Assembly: GCA_028023455.1 (NCBI GenBank)
Contig: JAQFVV010000007.1
Span: 18,228,001 to 18,292,000, forward strand
DNA: 64,000 bases
Direction of reading: 5' to 3'
Source of the DNA: Epiperipatus broadwayi
Lineage: Eukaryota; Animalia; Onychophora
The translations under genes were made by a program, and so were the position numbers. Every line of letters starts with the position of its first letter. Within the stretch, counting starts at the first letter, position 1. Of this stretch, positions 19,892 through 33,124 are shown piece by piece. Below the pieces are notes generated by a model. The model did no database searches, was not told the DNA's origin, and saw only the letters and a list, made by a program, of their open reading frames with translations.

Positions 19892-22162
19892 TATACCGGT
19901 TGCCCCGCTCTTCCCTTGCACCGTCTCCCTAAAAGGGATTGTGAGCTCCAAAACAAACATGATACAGCGTAAAGATTTATTTATTTTTCTTATATCAATA
20001 GTTGTTCATTATCAACACAAGAGGGCGCCAGATACAATGATTTGATTCATAATTTAATTTCTCGCATCACCTTATGTCATATCAAAACGATTTTGAAGTC
20101 TAATCCCTGCCCATAAGCTCAAACTCCCAGCATGGACCAATAGGGGTCACTCAGGGTCGCGATGTGATTGCCTTCAAGACTATTATTCTGGCAAATGACA
20201 CAATATTAACCAATGGATAAGAAGGTCGGTTGATTAACAGATCGGTCCAAGCATTGGATGGGATCATTGGTTATTTATAACTAATACGAATGTTCGGTTG
20301 AGGCATCATTAGAATAAACAACTAGACGCTTATAACATCATCCCCCTTTATCATACAATCCAATAGAATTATTTATACTAGCTCTATTGACATTTCTTAT
20401 ATTTATTAAAATAGGCCCTCCCAACTCTTAAACCTATGTTAACTACATAATAAGTAAACATCGTGACTTACGGCACGATGTTTATGAATGAAATTTAAAA
20501 GAGATAAAAAAAAAAAAAAAATATAAGAAAGACAAATTTAAAAGTAAAATAATTAATTGCATGAATAAATGCTAACAATAATAATAACTTCAAAAAAATA
20601 TATATATATTTAATTATAGAAAATGATTTGAGGAATGCTCGACTAGTTTAGATAAATAAAAAAAATTTATTGATTATAAAAAAATGAAACATTGATTAAT
20701 AGTTTTATTTGCACGCACATATGCGCATTCTCGCACTCGCACAGAAAAGAACATATTATGCATAATAAACATGGCTGATAAAATATATTTCCTCTTTTAC
20801 ATTTTGAAAGTAGGTGTGTGTTATAATTTATCTGCGAAAGAAAATAATAATTAGGATCAAAGTTCATAACTGGAAAAGTCCTAAGATTTAAATATGATGG
20901 ACTATGTAGCATCTGATATTTTTATTTACGAAAGTTGAGATTAAAATAATAAGATTTAATATATGAGAGATTACGGATCATTTTATATTTGTTTTACGAA
21001 AGGTCGAATTTAATTAATTATGAGATTGCCTTTTAAATTTACGTAAAGAATGAATGGAAGTATTATAAAAAAAAATGTTTACCTAGGATTTTGCTTAGTC
21101 TTCTGCTGCTTCTAATTTGGTGAGGGTTCAAACCTGAGGGATGATGTTTCCATAATACATGGTTATTCATTTCACATAAGTTCAGCGTAGTATGTTTGGA
21201 CGATTCTTGTATATTAAACGGAACAGCGTCCTTAGACTGATTGGAGCACTATGTTCGGACGGTATTGTTGTTGATCATTCATAGCTGTGGAGATGTTCTG
21301 GTGGCGGAGCGTCGGTCAATCACTGAAGGGTTTTCTAGCCCATCATGACGATCGACGCTCTAAATGTTAATTTCACAGTGATCATATTGGATAAACCGGA
21401 TAGCAAAAAAAAAAAAGAAAAGTTCTAGTTGTAGCTTCCGGAGGAATTTAAAAAAACTATAAGCATAAGCAAAACAAAACAAAGAATGTAAAAAGATCTT
21501 TTCTTTAGATTTAGATTCATATTTATATGGGTTGGTTATTATCTGAGGATCGAATCTCCACCCAGAGTTCAATATTCTTTGAGTTGTCGTTGGGGTCCGT
21601 GTCCTACGTAATGTCCACTCAATCCATATGCTTGAGGCAATCTTAGGTTTATGCAATCTCATATTACAATCTCAGTTAGAAAAATTTCATACTTATTCAC
21701 ACCTTTTATGCATACATGTGTGCATGTTTTAAGAGAACAATTTAACTTACATTAGTTTAAAAGTCGAGCATTTAATCTGTCTCCAAATCACTTCTATAAG
21801 CTTTTAACTTTCACTACAGTTATAATCTAAAACAAAACCCCTTTTAATTACCCCCGCGGCATATACAAGGAGAAATCACTTATTGCGATTTAAAATGGCA
21901 TATTAGTAGTATTTTATATTTTACTTTTTCTTTCTTTTTAGAGAATATTATTATAATAGGTTGTATGAAAGCCTTAATTATTTAATCAGAAATATTAGCA
22001 TTTTATTTTACAGTGTATTTTATAACGCATTGAAAGAAAACTACATTTATTTTTTATTATTTTTTTTATCATAAGTTGAAAGTGAAAGAAGAGAAAAAAT
22101 ATAGCGTGTTTACATTGCGCTGGTGTGTGCGTATATACCTGTACCGACTTTGTCTCGGTACA
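19892..22162 (-). repeat. 5' LTR (2271 bp)
   Basis: Direct repeat of 15048-17319, followed on the minus strand by the PBS. Confidence 0.92.
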
Positions 22163-22310
22163 ATATATATAGCAAATTAGTAAAGCATAATAAATGTGTC
22201 AACTATGCTGCTCTCACAATTTAGAGACAAATCACTTAATGAAAGAATATTAATAATTTTTTTTATTAGTCATTCACTAGACTAGATTAAATAATTGAAT
22301 AGTTTATTTC
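22163..22310. repeat. Remainder of the HHR-A2 monomer split by the LTR element
   Basis: ATATATAGCAAATT...CAAATCACTTAATGAAAGAATATTAA...TTAGTCATTCA matches 14101-14220; the left half is at about 14974-15047. Confidence 0.75.
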
Positions 22311-22344
22311 TCAGAAGTTTGTAATGAATTTTAGCACTGGGAAT

Positions 22345-22420
22345 ATAAGTTGGAGTCACAATCCATGGGCCTTGACTTCCAGTCTGCCACTCTACTATTG
22401 TCTTAACCATACAGGGCCCC
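22345..22420 (-). mobile_element. tRNA-derived SINE-like head (family 3); other copies at about 31680-31760 (-) and 35120-35190 (+)
   Basis: The three copies share CCTGTATGGTTxxxxCAxTxxTAGAGTG...GGATTxTGxCxCAAC with degenerate A and B boxes. Confidence 0.45.
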
Positions 22421-23019
22421 AACGTAATGATTATTGCATTTATCTGCTTTGCTTACAACATGAGATTCAAATCCAAGTTGTGGCTTGACATCTTTTCAGA
22501 TGACTTAAGGATTTTTCAGGCAAACTTAAGACTTCTTCCAAGTACTATATCATCTTCAGCTAATTATTTAAATATTGGCCAGTAAATGGGTATGTAGTTT
22601 TTTTAGTTACAGGGTAAATATCACAGAATGCACTGATCATAAAATGAAACATTATTGCACTATGTAGCCATCATCAATGGTTTTTGTGATCCCTCTTTAG
22701 ATGCTCACTCTTTAAGTTTAGATTCTGAAGTCATTGGGTCAGCACTTAAAGATGATAACAGAATGGTCAAAACTTTGTGAAATTTAAGGTTGAACCCACA
22801 ATATTAATGGTGATTCAGCAGTTTAATCCAAAATAGCATATTAAATCTTATATAGAAAAAAATCCATAATTTTTCTGTTGTCTGATCGGTGAATGAATGT
22901 TTGTTTGATGATATCACAACCACTCCCTTTATATGAATGAAATAATTCCATCATTAAATAAAAAGTGTTAGAAAAAATGAGGTTATAATATATATTTCGT
23001 GGTAGAGATTCTCATCCAG

Positions 23020-24210
23020 GTGCAGAAACAGACACAAATGCTGATTTGTAATTTGATATTAAGCTGCTCTGTCCTTCCACTCATGGTCTGTCAATCATCT
23101 AATAATAATCAGATAAATGACATACTTAGCAATGCTAACCAATTTTTATAAATTAGCAATGTTTAATAAAAAAAAACATATTTACATTAGATCTTTAAAA
23201 ACAAATTTTGAATGCAACCAATTAAAAAAAAAATTACAAATATTATATTTAGTAAAAAAAATTACAAAAACGACCAGCATTTTTGTAATCCATCCCAGCT
23301 AGGCAGAAACAGCCACAAATATGGATTCCCAATTTGATTTTAAGGTGCTCCATGCTTCCATGGTTTGTAAATCCTCTAATATAATTGAGATGAATGATAT
23401 ACTTAACAATGCTAATGAACTTTTATAAATTAGCAATGTTTAATAAAAAAACATATTTACATTAAATCTTAAAAAAAAAATTGTTAAAGCAACCAATTAA
23501 ATAAAAAATATTACAAATACTATATTTAATAAAAAAGACTACAATAAGTGGTAATTATTAATAAAGCTTAAAAAAACTTACAATTATGATAGTCGTAACC
23601 AACTATTGAAAAGAAAAAATTAAAATTTTTATTCAGAGGGCACTCAGAAAGAATGAAATATAACAGGTATATTTAAAAATATAAATCTTAATTTAGCTTT
23701 ATTAAAATTCAGAAATTTATATAATATTTAAATGTTATGTTTAATTTACATTAGATCTTAAAAAGAATTGTTAAAGCAACCAATTATTACAAAAACAATT
23801 CCACAGTAATGATGGTCTAAAAAACACTGAAAAAAATGTGCTTTTAACTAGAGAGATATAGTATTTAAATTAATTCATTTTTTAAATGTGACATTTAGTG
23901 AGGGGGGAAAATAGATGCTGTTGTAATGTATTTACATTTAGTTTTAGTTACTGTATTATTACATTTATGCGAAGAATTAATAAAAAATGCTCGTCTTTCA
24001 GGTTGGCTATATTTCTCATATTTTATACATAATATTAAAATATTTGGTTCAATTTACATTAAATCTTAAAAAGTTTTGGTTAGCATATATAATTGAAGTC
24101 GAAGTGACGGCCTTCTGGCTGGCTATATTTTTTATGTTTAATATGTAATTTTAAAACCTTCACTTTACTTTAGATGTCAAAAAAAAAAACTTGGTAAAGG
24201 TGCCAATTAA
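23020..24210. repeat. Degenerate tandem array (about 280-nt unit twice, plus a recurring 40-nt motif)
   Basis: GCAGAAACAGxCACAAAT at about 23022 and 23303. TTTACATTAxATCTTAAAAA...GCAACCAATT recurs at about 23180, 23455, 23745, 24050 and 24170. Confidence 0.7.
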
Positions 24211-25779
24211 AAAAAAATACTGGGCTTTACATAGCCCAGTTGTAGTCTGGCATAAAAATAATAACTGTTTAAGCATAAATTTTTAAAAAAATGTAGGTAT
24301 TACAATTTTCAGTAATTATGAGATTATTTGCCACAAGATTAATGATAACAGGCTCAGTATTTTATATGTTGATTCTCAAGTCATTTTTACATTTAATGTC
24401 TCACCTTTGTAAATTGTATTAAAAGGAAATATATACTGCAAAGCCTTTTCTTATAATTTTGGATTTTTTTTTACTGATAAAGAATCAGAAAGGTTTTTGT
24501 TTATTTCACAATTGCTCCGATCTGTATGTGATGTTGCTGTCAATTTTCAAGGTTTAATTTCATATTATTTTTTAAACTGAGCAGATGTTCCTCTCATTGC
24601 CTTTCTAAATATGTTTATATTTTGTAAAAATCAAATGAGTTTGAATTTATCTCATGTAATTTTAATTCAGTGTACTTTTTAACCTTTCTTATGCAATTGT
24701 AATTAGGATTAAATGCTTGGAAGCATGAACTAAGAAAAGCTTGAAATGGAATTCTTAAATGAAGTGAGAAATAAAATTAGCTTAAAATGAAATTCTTATC
24801 TTAATATAGTATGCTGAATATACTTTTGGTATATCTATAATAATCATAACAATACAGCTACAAAGTATAAGAAACTGGTGTGATATAAAGAATATATCAA
24901 TAATATGTAAATGTTTACATGACCCACATTTTAGAGAGAAGGAAGCAGGATTCTTGGTTGTTTAAGGTGTTCACATTATTGTCAATCTTGCTTGGCTTTT
25001 TTAACTTACATTTTGTCATTCCATTTTAAGTATACAACATTGACTAATGTAGCTTCAAAGATATGACCAAGTTTATCTTTATGATCTACAAATATGGATT
25101 TCTGGTCAGAGTTGTTCTTGGATCTATTATACAGATATCAGTGCAGGACAAGTCATGTAGTTTTAATTTTATATCCCCTTCTTTTTCTGTTTTAGCAGTA
25201 TTTTATACCAGTTGTAATCTAGACAGCTGTAAATTTAAATTTTTTGCAAAAAAAATTGCTACAATTTTTTTTTTTTATAAGTGACATAAAACTTATTGTA
25301 ATTAATAGCAATAATAATAATATGCAAATTTATTTCATTATAATAGTTGATTATAAAAAAGCAATCAATTGATTATAAAAAGTTATCAATTAAATCCAGT
25401 TGAAATTAATTTTATTTTATTTTGTGCAATATTTTTTACATTTTTTATACTAATAATATTTTTTGTAAATAATAAATTGGTTAAAAAAAGTCAAATTTGA
25501 AATTTTATATATAAAACAAATACTATCTTAGAAGCAATATGACACGCTGATTGTAGTTGGAGTGCCACAAAACTGTATCATAAATATTGCAAGTTAAAAA
25601 CATTTCTTAATGACCCATCACAAGTCAGTTTCATAAATTTAATCTGTTTGGAAATTGTCAAATTTATTATTCCATGAATGTTTTTGCAAGCAAATCAATC
25701 TTTCTTCCAGTTCTAATAAGATTCTAGTTGAGGAAAGTATGACTCAATCTTATTTTTAAATTTTTTAAAAATTAATGCG

Positions 25780-25990
25780 AATATAAAAAAAGGTGTAAGG
25801 CAAGAGTGTCCACTATCATCCTAATTATACAATTTATTTATTGAGAACACAATAAGGATTATATAAAAAAGGAAAACTAAAGAAATTAAAATCATTTGAA
25901 TGATTAGCCTTGCATATTTTCCTATTTACATGTATGATATTTGATTGTTTACTAAGTTATTAAAATGAATATAAATTAAATCTACTTTGT
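25780..25990 (+). mobile_element. Non-LTR RT fragment (decayed)
   Basis: NIKKGVRQECPLSS*LYNL matches the GVRQGCPLSP motif. Confidence 0.6.
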
Positions 25991-28564
25991 AAATTAAAAG
26001 TCAAATTGATTCAAATGAGATTCTTTGTGAATATCTCATCTGATTTAATATGCATCCTAATAAATACTATTTTGTAATCTGTTACATATATAAAATCATG
26101 AATAATTGATCAGTTTTTTTTATTGATTATGTGATTATGTGATTTATTTTGATAATAGTTAGCGGATAGGGCATAGAAGTTTATTCTAATTATTACATAT
26201 TAATATTGTAAAACTGGTTCAATAAAGAAAATATTTATTATTTTTATATAGTTGTTTATTTCATTGAAACCATTATTAACTTCATAGAAAATCTATGGCA
26301 TTGGCATTTTAGAGTTAAAATATTAAATTTCCGAGAAAAGATAAATTAAGTATTTTTATAAATCCTGTTTAGTTTATTTTGGATACAGTGTAAATTGTAT
26401 TTTCTATAGCCACATTTAAAAAAAAAAAGAGAATAAAAAAAAAAGAATTACCTTTTGATTTCACTGTGATAAGAATGTAAATTCTTATCATTAAGCAATT
26501 ATAATTAATTAAATTGAAATTACAGTATTCTTTCAGCTGCTAATTAAAGATGGCCACTGAAGGGAGGAAAGAGATAACTTTGAAAACAAAAATAAAATAG
26601 AAATGTGTAAATTGGTAAAAGTCAAAATAGGGATAAAAATAAAATAAAAGGTGTAAACAGGATATGCACAGTGGTCTCAAATTAGGAGTGGTATAAAAGG
26701 AGGGACATTGCTGATTAGAGGTCTTTTCCTCATAGTTATGTGTGGTTACCAAGTAGCTATTTGCAATAAATTGAATTTTTTTTCAATGGAGCCATGACAA
26801 GATGCCTCATTCTCACCAGCGTATTCCGCTGTTATCAAATGTGTGAGTAGAGAATAGTTCATTCGCCAAACCTTCTTCCTAGAGCCACAATAATGCCATG
26901 ATTGAATCCCATCACCTACCTGAATATTAGAATCTTGGACTGCATACCAAAATACTGTAAGAATGGTGGATCCCACTAAGGATAAAACTATGCATGATAA
27001 CTTGCTCAGTGATAGAAATAAGCAGTTGAAATTTACTGAAAAGAAACTTTCTTCTATGTGTTATATGTGATCACATCCAGAAAATTATAAGTATTGTTAA
27101 AATGCTGTAATAAATCTGATTAAAAACTGAATTAAGATAAATCCTGAAACAGCAAGAATTGACTTTCAAGAAACAAAGTAGTTTGATATTACGCATACCA
27201 ATATTCATCGGTGCGAGTATTGAGTTCCATAGTATATTTAAAGAGTTTACATTTTTATTCTCTTACTTATTATTCCTAATAAATATGTGTTAGAATTATT
27301 AATTTAATAAATCATAAAAATATAATTTACCCTGTGTTTATTTAATTTAGTATAGTATTATTAGCTAAATTGTTATAAGTCTACCTAATATAAATGCTAA
27401 TGCCTTAAACTAAATTACAATTTTCCAGAGGGCAGCAATTAAATGCGCAATCTCGATAATGGAAGGGAAAAGCCAGTGAATTCTCATATAGAATCCTGTA
27501 ACCTATTAAATAAATTAAAAACTGGTTCTTCTCTGATTATCATTAAACTTAATTATTACAAACTGGGGTTGTTTGACCAGGAAAAATAGTTGCATTAACA
27601 AGAATATCTGACATATTCAAATAAAGGAATTCAGGTGCAGGTATAACTTGGTCAATGAATATGCTAAAATTAAAGGGATTAAACCCTGAATTACCAATAA
27701 ATGGTATAATATATAAGCATATTCTTTACTTGGGGGTAGGCAGAATAACAAAAAAGAGTACCAAAACCATATGATCCTCATCAGTATTTGTTTGCATTTG
27801 TCTGCCACAATTTTTTGTTAGATTTAAATTTCAGAACATCATATTATTCCCCATAGTTATGTTTTTTTCAGTCACACTCCTACTTTAAATAAAGAAAAGC
27901 TTGAATTTTGCAGCATATTCAAAAGATTTTCTTTATTTAAAGAATATAGTTATGATGGGACATTTAAAATATTTATATATATTTCAGCTAGTGTTATGCA
28001 TTGTTTCTATTTATTGTATCATTTATATATGTTCAATTTGCTTATTTTTTTTCTTATTTATTCTTCATCTCAACTCAACCACCTCACATTTCCATCAGAA
28101 TTAAAACCCAGAAGATTGTCTCTCACATATGCTTGCATTTAGTACTGATAAAAGACAAACATATTTGATTTATATATGATGCAGAGAAAAAAACCTTTCC
28201 AAAACTATGCAAAGTTAATTACTTCTCATTTAGAAGCCATATTTTTAGCTGAGTTAAAGAATAAATATCTGGCTAGAAATTCTTGCCATTGGTTTGATGG
28301 TTATAACATATTCTATAAATATCCTATCAAGAGGAAATTGAAAGAGAACATCATGAAAGGGTGTAAAAGAAATAGAGAATTAGGGGCAGCTATTCATAAT
28401 AGAAGTTTTATTTATTATATCAGATTCATATTTTTAAATATTGTAAAAGTTAATTATTTGTATTCATAAGTTATCTTAAGGATACAATGTTCTTGATTTA
28501 TTGTTCAAATATACATTCAGGATCAAATTTGGGATTATAAGCCTCACATTTATTATCTTCATTC

Positions 28565-28668
28565 TTTTTTTTTTTAAAGTGTCATAGCATCGGCCGGGAC
28601 GCGAACCCGCAACCCGGGCAACTGCCTGCTAGTGCAAGGCAATCGCATTGACCTCTTGACCACCAATT
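28565..28668 (-). mobile_element. tRNA-Gly-derived SINE with A-rich tail
   Basis: Minus strand GAATTGGTGGTCAAGAGG...GGGTTCGCGTCCCGGCCGATGC matches both ends of tRNA-Gly(GCC). A second copy lies at 56131-56222. Confidence 0.7.
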
Positions 28669-28869
28669 CTTTTTGAAAAAATTATTCATATCTTCAAGTT
28701 GTATATTATTATGAAGGAATGTTAAATTACAGTAAACACTTGTTTATTGAATTATTGTAACTGAAACAATTTATTATTATTATTTTGCACATTTGAAAGA
28801 ATAAAATATCTATCATTTTAAATTAATAAAAGAAATTAGTGATTACAAGCTTAAGAGACAATTTGGTAA

Positions 28870-29090
28870 TTAATAAGTTAGTTCCTGAATTGAACCCCCA
28901 TGTTAGACATCTGCAGAAATATCAATACAAGAAGTTCTTCAACATCTATGAGGGACTTTACAGGATTGAGAAAAAGGTTGGAGAGAATGCTTATATGATT
29001 GGTATACCAGATGGACTGAAAGGGACATACAGTGCTTAAAGCCTCAGGCCGATGTATCATGAAGGGCCAGCATCACTTTAACTCAAACCT
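28870..29090 (+). mobile_element. Ty3/Gypsy integrase C-terminal fragment (GPY/F module)
   Basis: KKFFNIYEGLYRIEKKVGENAYMI...GTYSA*SLRP resembles GPY-x-I...NAY-x-L...LRP. Confidence 0.65.
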
Positions 29091-30486
29091 GTCCTTATAG
29101 ATCTTCCTATTTTCATATATCTTGTTACAATATTCATAAAGGAATTAAAAGATAATGATATGAATCTAATGATATGATTTTTTTATTTATCAAAGTGAAT
29201 GAGTGACTTAGTTCACAAAAAAATTGCAAATGTTTGCATCTTATGTGCCATTTCTTTTTGGCACCGCACTATGCTTTCAAAAAAAATATTTTTTAAAGTA
29301 TTTATGTAATAATTATTGAATATCAATTTGCTAATGTCAAAACTTACTGGTCTGATTATATTTTTAATGAAGATAAAAATAATTCAATTTATATATCTAC
29401 TGTGATTTAAAGCCAGAATAGTGCTGGTTTATTCTTTATTTTGCAGCAATATTGAGTCCTTAAATTGAAGAAGGAGATCATAAAATAATTTTACTTTTGA
29501 TGTTAAAATGAATTTGTTTAAATGTTGAAGATTATTCTTAACAAGTTAGATATGAAAAGGAATGTTTAAATTAAGTGATTTATGTAGTTATTTTATTCAA
29601 AAGTTATGTTGTAACCTCCATTTGTCAATGGGGGTGATATTTTTTTTATTAGTAGTAGGAAATCATAATGATTAGAATGCTCCATTTTTTTTAGTTGATT
29701 ATGATATCAATATATATGTTGAAAAAATATACATATTAAAAGAAGGGAATGAAAGAAAACTGATTTTTTTATTATTATGCGTAAAGTTTTGAATTATTTA
29801 CTGGTAAACAATAATGGATATTTTTTGTTAATTAGGTGTATATATCTTCCTAATATAGAATTAATTATTTAATGCACATTGTGATATCTTTTAAGATTGC
29901 AATAGAAAATGTTGCATTTTTTATTTTGTTTATTATCTTCATTTGATTTTGTTATGTTTTTTTGCCGCTATTATATTTCTTGTCTTTTTCCCACTTTTGT
30001 GGTCTGTATTTGTTTATGAATTAAATTTTGGCAGTGATAATGATATATACAAAGTACATAAAGAAGCTATATGAAAATCATTTAGAAAATGCTAATAATT
30101 AAAATGTGTACAGATAAATCTATTTATTTGTTAAAAAAGAGAATTAATCATTTACAAATATGTATTTTTTTATGTGTCATGAACTTTTATATCTATTTTA
30201 CATATTTATGTTATTTATTTTTTGAAATGATTGTAAAATATTAAAAATGTTTTAAAAAAATTGAGTCATGTGAACTAACAATGGGATTTAAGTCATCAGT
30301 ATTTTTTATGAAGATGTCAAGTTAAAAATGCCATGGCAATCAATGATGAAATAAAGAAAAAGGAGATACAATATCATGTGTTTATTTTTTCTTTCTTATG
30401 ACTATTTTGTCTGGAAAAGAAATAATAACAAACTTTGTTTTTGCTAGATTTTTTTTCTTCTACCTAAATAATTAAAGGAACTTTAC

Positions 30487-31089
30487 CTGAATTAAGTATG
30501 TATCAAAGAATGAGTGGATAGAGAGGATTTGCTAGCTGGAGTTAATTCCTCTTTGCCTACCCCTCAGCTTCAATCTATAAAGGAGAGAGGAAAGTCATCA
30601 ATAAGTATGTACTTGAAAGGAGAAGACAAATTTTTTAAATGATGAGTTACCCCATGTCCTGAGGATGTAGTTAAAATTGCAATGGTAGAATTATCTCATA
30701 TAATTTCACTACTTCTGTTACTTCATCTGAGCATGACATGCAGAAGGGATACTTTAAATTTTTTTAAAAATATCAAGATTCTCATTAGACTATATTAAAT
30801 ATAAATATATGTTTTCTAAATTTCATTTCCCTCTTTTGGGGTCTCCAAATGCAGGCTTTTTAAACTAATATCTTTAATGTTACAAGTGGTCCTAAATTAT
30901 GGCAATTTTATTTTCATCCTCAGGACAGTGGGTAACTGGTCATTTAAAACAATTTCTCTTCTTTCAGGTACATAGTTGTTTATGGTGTTTCCTGCTTTTT
31001 AGGTGGTTGTTGAGGGGGATAGGCCAGAGGAATTAACTCAGCTAGCAAATTTTCTCTACCCACTCATTCTTTATACATATATAATTCAG
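30487..31089. mobile_element. Fold-back non-autonomous DNA element (about 600 bp) with bipartite inverted arms
   Basis: About 30487-30568 is inverted relative to about 31005-31089; a second inverted pair lies at about 30635-30690 and 30900-30950. Confidence 0.75.
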
Positions 31090-32935
31090 ACAAAGTTATT
31101 TTATTTATGGTTTTTCATTTTTGTTTCATTTTCTAAATAATAGTTAATATCTATTTGCTGACTATTAATTGGATGGCTAACTAGATTGGCAGCAAGATGA
31201 CCACAAAAAAAAAAAAAAAAGATTGCTAAAAAAATTTCAGTTACATAAAAAAATTTCAAATTTCACAGCTATGTTTGAACCCAAAGTTGTGAGAATTCGG
31301 GCAGATATATTGTCTATTTTATAATATCATTTGGATATATGTATACAAATAATATCAGTTTCAAGATTATGTAAACTGAGCTGATAAAAACCACCTCTAA
31401 ATTTAGAGAGAGAGAGGGAGTGATTTTATTTATTAATGTGAAAAAAAAGTATAATATATTAAATAATATCTTTCATTTTATATTTACAATGTTTTATTTT
31501 ATTATCAGTTGTTCACTTAACAGTGAGGCATTTACACCCACAAACAACAAGCAAAAGAATATGTTATATTCAAATGGTCAGAATTATTTTTTTAATTTTA
31601 TGAATGTATAAATATTAATTTTGATGTTCCAAGTGTTTTATTGTTCATGTATTCATGAGAAGTTTGATCATTGGAAATATCAGAGTTGGGCCATAATCCA
31701 TGGTGAGTCTTGAGTGCCAGATTTTGTCACTCTAGCACTGCATCAAATCATACAGGGCAAATTAGACTGCCAATAACAGTAACGCTTGATCATTGCTAGC
31801 TATGATTTGCTTATCAACACAATCCTAACCCTATTTAATATATAATAGTTAAAACTATTCTAAAATTTATAGAATTGTTTATATAAAAATAATGATTATA
31901 ATTAGTAAGTAGAATAACTCATATCTTGTGATATCTATCCTAGTATATTTTTAATGCTTTTCATTTAGTCTTATGTTTATATGTAGTTGCTATAACAACC
32001 AATCACTCAGCTTCCAAGTTCAGATACTATACAATAAAATAAGATAGCTCCTTGCTTTAGTACCATCTACTGCAATTAAATCTTCATCTTGATTCTGGTT
32101 TCTGCCTTTTGATTTTATCATTGAGGTTTTTGGGATTCAAAGCTAGAAGAAATGCAATTAGACATCCTGTCACCATCTTTAACTATTTTAGTATTTAAGC
32201 CAATAATCTGAAATTCAAGTCATCTTAAGTAGGTTGACTTGAGTTTAAAGTCATTAAGCTGATTTGAATGTTATTTTTCCTAGCTTGGAATAGTAAAAGG
32301 AGTTAAGTGAGCTTTGATAAAAATAAAAAAAATAAAATGGGTCTAGGGATTTAAATGCAATAAAGTGTAATAATCACTAATTAATTGAGCTTACAATAGA
32401 TGACACTATTGTAGGATTTTATTCTTTGATTTTGAAACCTGTACTTCTTTGAATTCTTATATAAATTTTCTAACAATAGCAGTTTTAATTACTAGATACT
32501 GGATTAAATCATGCTAAACTATTCACAATCTGCTGCAAATGTGATAAAATTTATTACTAGCTAGATTAAAGCAACTTGTTTATTAAGTGAAAATTAAAAA
32601 AAAAGAGCTAATAGCACAGTAATAATTTCATTATCTGGACCAGTACTACAACCTGGGGTTGAGTATAAGCTGATGAAACTAGAAAAAAAGTTTTGACATC
32701 ACAAGCAAGCTTATTGTTTTTTTGTTTTTTTTGCAGAAAACAATCCCAAAGGTAATCTAGTCAGCAGAAAACAAAAAGGATATTATATAATGTGGCCTCA
32801 ACCAATAAGAAGTTGTTATACTTCTATGAGAAATAATGACAAAGAGTACAGTGAAGTCTTTTAGCTATTTGTAATTAGTTTTATAATCATAAACTTTACA
32901 ATAAAATTTATAATCACCTGGATAATTCTTTAAAC

Positions 32936-33124
32936 CAGTGGCTCTTAACCTTTCTAATGCCATGACACTTTAATATAGTTTCTTATGTTGTGGCGACCCC
33001 CCCCGACCTTAAAATTATTTTTGTTGTTACTTCATAAATGTGTTTTCCAATAGTCTTAGGCAACCCCTGTGAAATGGTTGTTTGACCCTTAAAGAGATTG
33101 TGATCCACAGGTTGAGAACCACTG
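32936..33124 (-). mobile_element. hAT-superfamily MITE, SPIN/URR1-like (189 bp)
   Basis: TIRs CAGTGGCTCTTAACCT and AGGTTGAGAACCACTG; perfect 8-bp TSD CTTTAAAC at 32928-32935 and 33125-33132. The internal sequence follows the SPIN non-autonomous consensus as I recall it. Confidence 0.85.

Larger units (their letters stand above)
15048..22162 (-). mobile_element. Non-autonomous gag-only LTR retrotransposon (Ty3/Gypsy-like)
   Basis: Two about 2.27-kb direct repeats, ATAT target-site duplication (15044-15047 and 22163-22166), PBS, purine-rich primer site and one gag ORF. No protease, RT, RNase H or integrase seen in the 2572-bp internal region. Confidence 0.92.

Noticed and set aside
26560-26960. 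GC-richer block with short minus-strand ORFs
   Set aside because: Probably a decayed transposon, but I could not assign a family in any frame.
28565-28668. Functional tRNA gene
   Set aside because: The anticodon arm is replaced by a long hairpin, the B box is non-canonical, and it has an A tail and a dispersed second copy; treated as a SINE.
32665-32715. CTGATGA-AACT...AGTT hammerhead-like start
   Set aside because: No GAAA box after the stem and no second copy.
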